Shown: one piece after another, positions 30,132-34,580 of the stretch
Position numbering within the stretch: position 1 is the first letter of the stretch
How the letters are laid out: the number at the start of each line of letters is the position of its first letter
From: Thraustochytrium aureum
Lineage: Eukaryota
Length of the DNA: 34,580 nucleotides
Direction of reading: 5' to 3'
Assembly: GCA_012862495.1 (NCBI GenBank)
Contig: BLSG01000208.1
Location: forward strand, 194,048 to 228,627
Position numbers and translations under genes: made by a program
Notes under the pieces: model-generated
The model's input: only the letters and a program-made list of their open reading frames with translations
Told to the model about the DNA's origin: nothing
Database searches by the model: none

Positions 30132-31208
30132 TCAGAGTCGCACGACGACCTTGCCGCTGTTGCGCGCCGTGTTGTGAAAGAGGCTCTGGAACGCCGTCGG
30201 CCAGTTTTCAATGCCCTCGTAAAAGGTCTCTTCGACACACGGCACGAGCCCGTCTTCGAGCCAGGCAGCCATGTCCTTGAGGAACGAGCCGCGCTGCCCG
30301 GTCAGCCACGGAGAGCTCACGAACCCCTCGATGCGCTGAAGCGTGTAGATCGTCTTGGACAAGTCAATTTTCATGCGCGGCATCACGCCCTTATTGTACT
30401 GGCTCACGAGCCCGCAGACAGCGATGCGGCCTCCNNNNNNNNNNNNNNNNNNNNNNNNNNNNNNNNNNNNNNNNNNNNNNNNNNNNNNNNNNNNNNNNNN
30501 NNNNNNNNNNNNNNNNNNNNNNNNNNNNNNNNNNNNNNNNNNNNNNNNNNNNNNNNNNNNNNNNNNNNNNNNNNNNNNNNNNNNNNNNNNNNNNNNNNNN
30601 NNNNNNNNNNNNNNNNNNNNNNNNNNNNNNNNNNNNNNNNNNNNNNNNNNNNNNNNNNNNNNNNNNNNNNNNNNNNNNNNNNNNNNNNNNNNNNNNNNNN
30701 NNNNNNNNNNNNNNNNNNNNNNNNNNNNNNNNNNNNNNNNNNNNNNNNNNNNNNNNNNNNNNNNNNNNNNNNNNNNNNNNNNNNNNNNNNNNNNNNNNNN
30801 NNNNNNNNNNNNNNNNNNNNNNNNNNNNNNNNNNNNNNNNNNNNNNNNNNNNNNNNNNNNNNNNNNNNNNNNNNNNNNNNNNNNNNNNNNNNNNNNNNNN
30901 NNNNNNNNNNNNNNNNNNNNNNNNNNNNNNNNNNNNNNNNNNNNNNNNNNNNNNNNNNNNNNNNNNNNNNNNNNNNNNNNNNNNNNNNNNNNNNNNNNNN
31001 NNNNNNNNNNNNNNNNNNNNNNNNNNNNNNNNNNNNNNNNNNNNNNNNNNNNNNNNNNNNNNNNNNNNNNNNNNNNNNNNNNNNNNNNNTTCTTGGCGTC
31101 CGCGTGGTCCACGGTGCTCTCCACGATCTCAAAGTGCTCGGGACCGGGGACGCCCTCATCGAGGAAGTCCTTGAGCCAAACCGTCTTGGCTAGCTCCGTC
31201 TTGCCCAT
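30132..31208 (-). CDS. NADP-dependent oxidoreductase (MDR superfamily, prostaglandin/alkenal reductase-like), copy A; middle in gap
   Basis: N-terminus MGKTELAKTVWLKDFLDEGVPGPEHFEIVES. C-terminus GGRIAVCGLVSQYN..RIEGF..ETFYEGIENWPTAFQSLF..NSGKVVVRL. Confidence 0.87.
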   Translation of the reverse strand: MGKTELAKTVWLKDFLDEGVPGPEHFEIVESTVDHADAKXXXXXXXXXXXXXXXXXXXXXXXXXXXXXXXXXXXXXXXXXXXXXXXXXXXXXXXXXXXXXXXXXXXXXXXXXXXXXXXXXXXXXXXXXXXXXXXXXXXXXXXXXXXXXXXXXXXXXXXXXXXXXXXXXXXXXXXXXXXXXXXXXXXXXXXXXXXXXXXXXXXXXXXXXXXXXXXXXXXXXXXXXXXXXXXXXXXXXXXXXXXXXXXXXXXXXXXXXXXGGRIAVCGLVSQYNKGVMPRMKIDLSKTIYTLQRIEGFVSSPWLTGQRGSFLKDMAAWLEDGLVPCVEETFYEGIENWPTAFQSLFHNTARNSGKVVVRL

Positions 31209-32115
31209 CCTGGCCTCGTCAAGAACTTTTCCACTTGTGGGTTGCTGGTGCCTTGGCGCTTGCGTTCGATTGGGGTCTGCTGCGAGGCTGCGACGATCTG
31301 GTGATGAGACTGGCGCCCATCTCGACGGACACGCCGCATCGAAGGCGACGATTCTCGCGCTTGTCGCAACTTTTTTCACGCCGTGCTTTTTCCGATGCCG
31401 ATGCGCACGACAAAGAAAATGCGCATACATGTGGTGCTCGGCGCGACGCATGCGCCCCGCTGCCCGCAATGGCGCCACCGGCGGCTGCGCCTAGGAGGCG
31501 TGGGATGTCTCGCTGGCGCCCGCAACCCCAGCACGGCGGTTTTACGGCAGAAAGCCGAGAGGGACAGTGTGTGATTGTGCACTTCGAAAAGTGAGTCGAT
31601 CGATTCTAAAGTAGGTATGTGTGTGTCGAGTAGTAGGATCTGGCACGGGCCAGTGCGATTGGTATGCCACTGGTTCACCGAGGCGGCAAGCAAGGGCGCC
31701 GTGCCGCGATCCAAGCGGCTGCTCGGCGAGTCGTTAGCATGCGGTGACGATTTATTTCAAGCGTGTTTTTCTATTTCTGTCCCGACACTACTAAACGTCA
31801 CGGCCTCTACGAAGACACTGACGGATTGGGCCTTCCCGCGTCTCGTTCCTTGGTGCATTTCCCGGGGCAGGCACGGCATCGCACATGGCCCATTCACCAT
31901 TTGCAGTTCGCAAAGCTGAAAATCTGCTGGTCCAGAGCGCATCATAATCCCAGCTCCGCTTCAGCATCAGCACCACCACGACCAAAGCGAGCGAGCTCCG
32001 AGAAGAGCTCGACGAGAAAACTCCAGGCGCGACCGAGCGTCAGCGCAAGGCACTCCAGTGCTTGCCCGGCAATGCCCTGGCCGAGCCACGTCCATTCGCG
32101 GCTCCGATATCCCGC

Positions 32116-33353
32116 TTAAATGCGCACGACGACCTTGCCGGTGTTGCGCGCCGTGTTGTGAAAGAGGCTCTGGAACGCCGTCGGCCAGTTCTCCACGCCC
32201 TCGTAAAAGGTCTCTTCGACACTCGGCACGAGCCCGTCTTCGAGCCAGGCTGTCATGTCCTTGAGGAACGAGCCGCGCTGCCCAGTCAGCCACGGAAAGC
32301 AAACAAAGCCCTCGATGCGCTGGAACGTGTAGATAGTTTGCCAAAGGTTCACATTGTTGGGCGGGATTGCCCCCTTGTTGTACTGGCTCACGAGTCCGCA
32401 GACCGCGACGCGGCCAAANNNNNNNNNNNNNNNNNNNNNNNNNNNNNNNNNNNNNNNNNNNNNNNNNNNNNNNNNNNNNNNNNNNNNNNNNNNNNNNNNN
32501 NNNNNNNNNNNNNNNNNNNNNNNNNNNNNNNNNNNNNNNNNNNNNNNNNNNNNNNNNNNNNNNNNNNNNNNNNNNNNNNNNNNNNNNNNNNNNNNNNNNN
32601 NNNNNNNNNNNNNNNNNNNNNNNNNNNNNNNNNNNNNNNNNNNNNNNNNNNNNNNNNNNNNNNNNNNNNNNNNNNNNNNNNNNNNNNNNNNNNNNNNNNN
32701 NNNNNNNNNNNNNNNNNNNNNNNNNNNNNNNNNNNNNNNNNNNNNNNNNNNNNNNNNNNNNNNNNNNNNNNNNNNNNNNNNNNNNNNNNNNNNNNNNNNN
32801 NNNNNNNNNNNNNNNNNNNNNNNNNNNNNNNNNNNNNNNNNNNNNNNNNNNNNNNNNNNNNNNNNNNNNNNNNNNNNNNNNNNNNNNNNNNNNNNNNNNN
32901 NNNNNNNNNNNNNNNNNNNNNNNNNNNNNNNNNNNNNNNNNNNNNNNNNNNNNNNNNNNNNNNNNNNNNNNNNNNNNNNNNNNNNNNNNNNNNNNNNNNN
33001 NNNNNNNNNNNNNNNNNNNNNNNNNNNNNNNNNNNNNNNNNNNNNNNNNNNNNNNNNNNNNNNNNNNNNNNNNNNNNNNNNNNNNNNNNNNNNNNNNNNN
33101 NNNNNNNNNNNNNNNNNNNNNNNNNNNNNNNNNNNNNNNNNNNNNNNNNNNNNNNNNNNNNNNNNNNNNNNNNNNNNNNNNNNNNNNNNNNNNNNNNNNN
33201 NNNNNNNNNNNNNNNNNNNNNNNNNTCCTCGGCGTCCGCGTGGTCCACGGTGCTCTCCACGATCTCAAAGTGCTCGGGACCGGGGACGCCCTCATCGAGA
33301 AAGTCCTTGAGCCAAACCGTCTTGGCAGTAACTTTCCCCGCCTTGCCGCTCAT
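32116..33353 (-). CDS. NADP-dependent oxidoreductase (MDR superfamily, prostaglandin/alkenal reductase-like), copy B; middle in gap
   Basis: N-terminus MSGKAGKVTAKTVWLKDFLDEGVPGPEHF. C-terminus GRVAVCGLVSQYN..EGVENWPTAFQSLF..NTGKVVVRI. The frame offset across the gap reflects the gap-size estimate. Confidence 0.87.
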
Positions 33354-33861
33354 CTTGTCGCTAGCGTGCGCCTTCGTGCTCGTCCGTCGCCCGGCGTGTC
33401 AACTCTAGCTCGTGCTTGCTTCTTGTGCGTGCTTGCCTGGTTGCCTGGTCTCCAAAACGAGGACACCGACGCTTTTGCGAGGCGCTGTTTGGGATCTGCC
33501 CGACGAAAAGTGTCGCCTGTGAATCCAAGCCAAGCTCAACTCATTGCAAGCGAGCAAGCGTCGCCACCGCGCCGCTCGGCTGTATTCGCACCCGCCACCG
33601 ACCCCCGCCAGCTGCCAGACCTTCGCGAAGGCGAATGCGACACGCCCGCGACACGCCCGCGGGCTTTTGCGGGACGAACATGCGACTGCTCGTCGCTTCA
33701 GCCCGCCATTGGGACGGCAACTTGTGATGATGTCAACTCGGATGAAACGCGGCGTGCGGCCGAGGCTGGTCGGTTCGGAGCGCCGGGCCCGACGAGCCCG
33801 CGCGCCGCGCTGCAGCTGAAAACTGTTCTGCTGCCTTCTTTTCAATCAAGTGGTTGATTTG

Positions 33862-34580
33862 CTAAATGCCGCAGCAGGTGTCAAGCGCCACGTCAAACTT
33901 GGCCACGAGCTCCCGCTCGTCTTCTTGACCTATCCAGACGCGCACAAGGGACGAGTCGACCCCGTACGTCTCTGCCCACTCGAGCTCATGGTAGTGCGCG
34001 ATGAGCGTGTACGGGCAAACGAGGCTAAAGTTTGTTCCGAACCCAGGGCCCTTGGCCAGGTCAAGCCGGTTGAAGAAAGGCTGCGAGTCCTCCGGGCGCT
34101 TGAACAGCACAGAAAACAGCGCACCGTACCCGGCGTACGGCTGGTCCCGCTTGAACTCGTCATACAGCTCACGATGCACCAGACTCGGGTGGAAGACCCG
34201 CTCCACTCGCGGGTGCGTCATCAGGTGCCGGACCACCGCCTCAGCGCTCTGATTCGACTTTTGCACCCGCAGCTCAAGGTCCGAGCTCGACTTGAGGAGC
34301 ACTTGCGCGTCCTCGGAGAACAAGAGCTCTTCGTGGTCGCGAACAAGGCGGCTCTTGAGCCGGTTGTAAAAGGGGCTCTCGCCGTTGAGGATGAGCGAGC
34401 CGCCCATCACATTGCCACTGCCAGCAAACTGCTTGGTCAGTGACGTGATGACCACGTCGGCGCCGCCCTTGACAGCGAGGTCCACGTTGCAAAACCCAGA
34501 GCAGCTGTCGTCCACGATCAGAGGAAACCCGAAGCGGTCCGCGAGGAGACGCAGACGGCCCAGGTCGGGCGCCTTGAGGA
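33862..34580 (-). CDS. Cystathionine gamma-synthase-like PLP enzyme (Cys/Met metabolism family, fungal Str2-like); 5' part lies beyond the window
   Basis: PDL..LIVDD, PLP-lysine motif TSLTKQFAGSGNVMGGS, GYGALFS, KGPGFGTNFSLVCPYTLIAHYHELEWA and LVRVWIGQED. Confidence 0.88.
   Translation of the reverse strand, partial: LKAPDLGRLRLLADRFGFPLIVDDSCSGFCNVDLAVKGGADVVITSLTKQFAGSGNVMGGSLILNGESPFYNRLKSRLVRDHEELLFSEDAQVLLKSSSDLELRVQKSNQSAEAVVRHLMTHPRVERVFHPSLVHRELYDEFKRDQPYAGYGALFSVLFKRPEDSQPFFNRLDLAKGPGFGTNFSLVCPYTLIAHYHELEWAETYGVDSSLVRVWIGQEDERELVAKFDVALDTCCGI

Noticed and set aside
33862..33880. C-terminal CCGI of the PLP enzyme as a CaaX motif
   Set aside because: Poor match (Gly at a2), and I know of no prenylation in this family.

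Overview
GC-rich, gene-dense and intron-poor eukaryotic draft scaffold. A protist such as a thraustochytrid or other stramenopile is plausible, but that is inferred from style only. It has eight N-gaps and several single-base indels in homopolymer runs. Genes in order: RPL32 (one intron); RWDD1/Gir2-like; a secreted, membrane-anchored choice-of-anchor I/Msp130-like protein; an AGC-like pseudokinase; a PILS/auxin-efflux-carrier family transporter; a TKL (LIMK/TESK-like) kinase; an alpha/beta hydrolase; a membrane-anchored astacin; two identical tRNA-Phe(GAA) genes in inverted, tail-to-tail orientation; a coiled-coil protein with 54-aa repeats and a CaaX-like end; a Kv-beta-type aldo-keto reductase ending in SKL, with a duplicated 3' end; a Myb/SANT-like protein with a ~4.5 kb gene-free upstream region; a 2OG-Fe(II) oxygenase; two tandem NADP-dependent alkenal/prostaglandin reductase paralogs; and a 5'-truncated cystathionine gamma-synthase-like gene. 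I found no mobile element, CRISPR array or clearly new multi-gene system. The best leads are the individual unusual proteins, the inverted tRNA duplication and a recurrent TTGATCAAGATCAAG intergenic motif. Family assignments come from motif recognition, not database searches.
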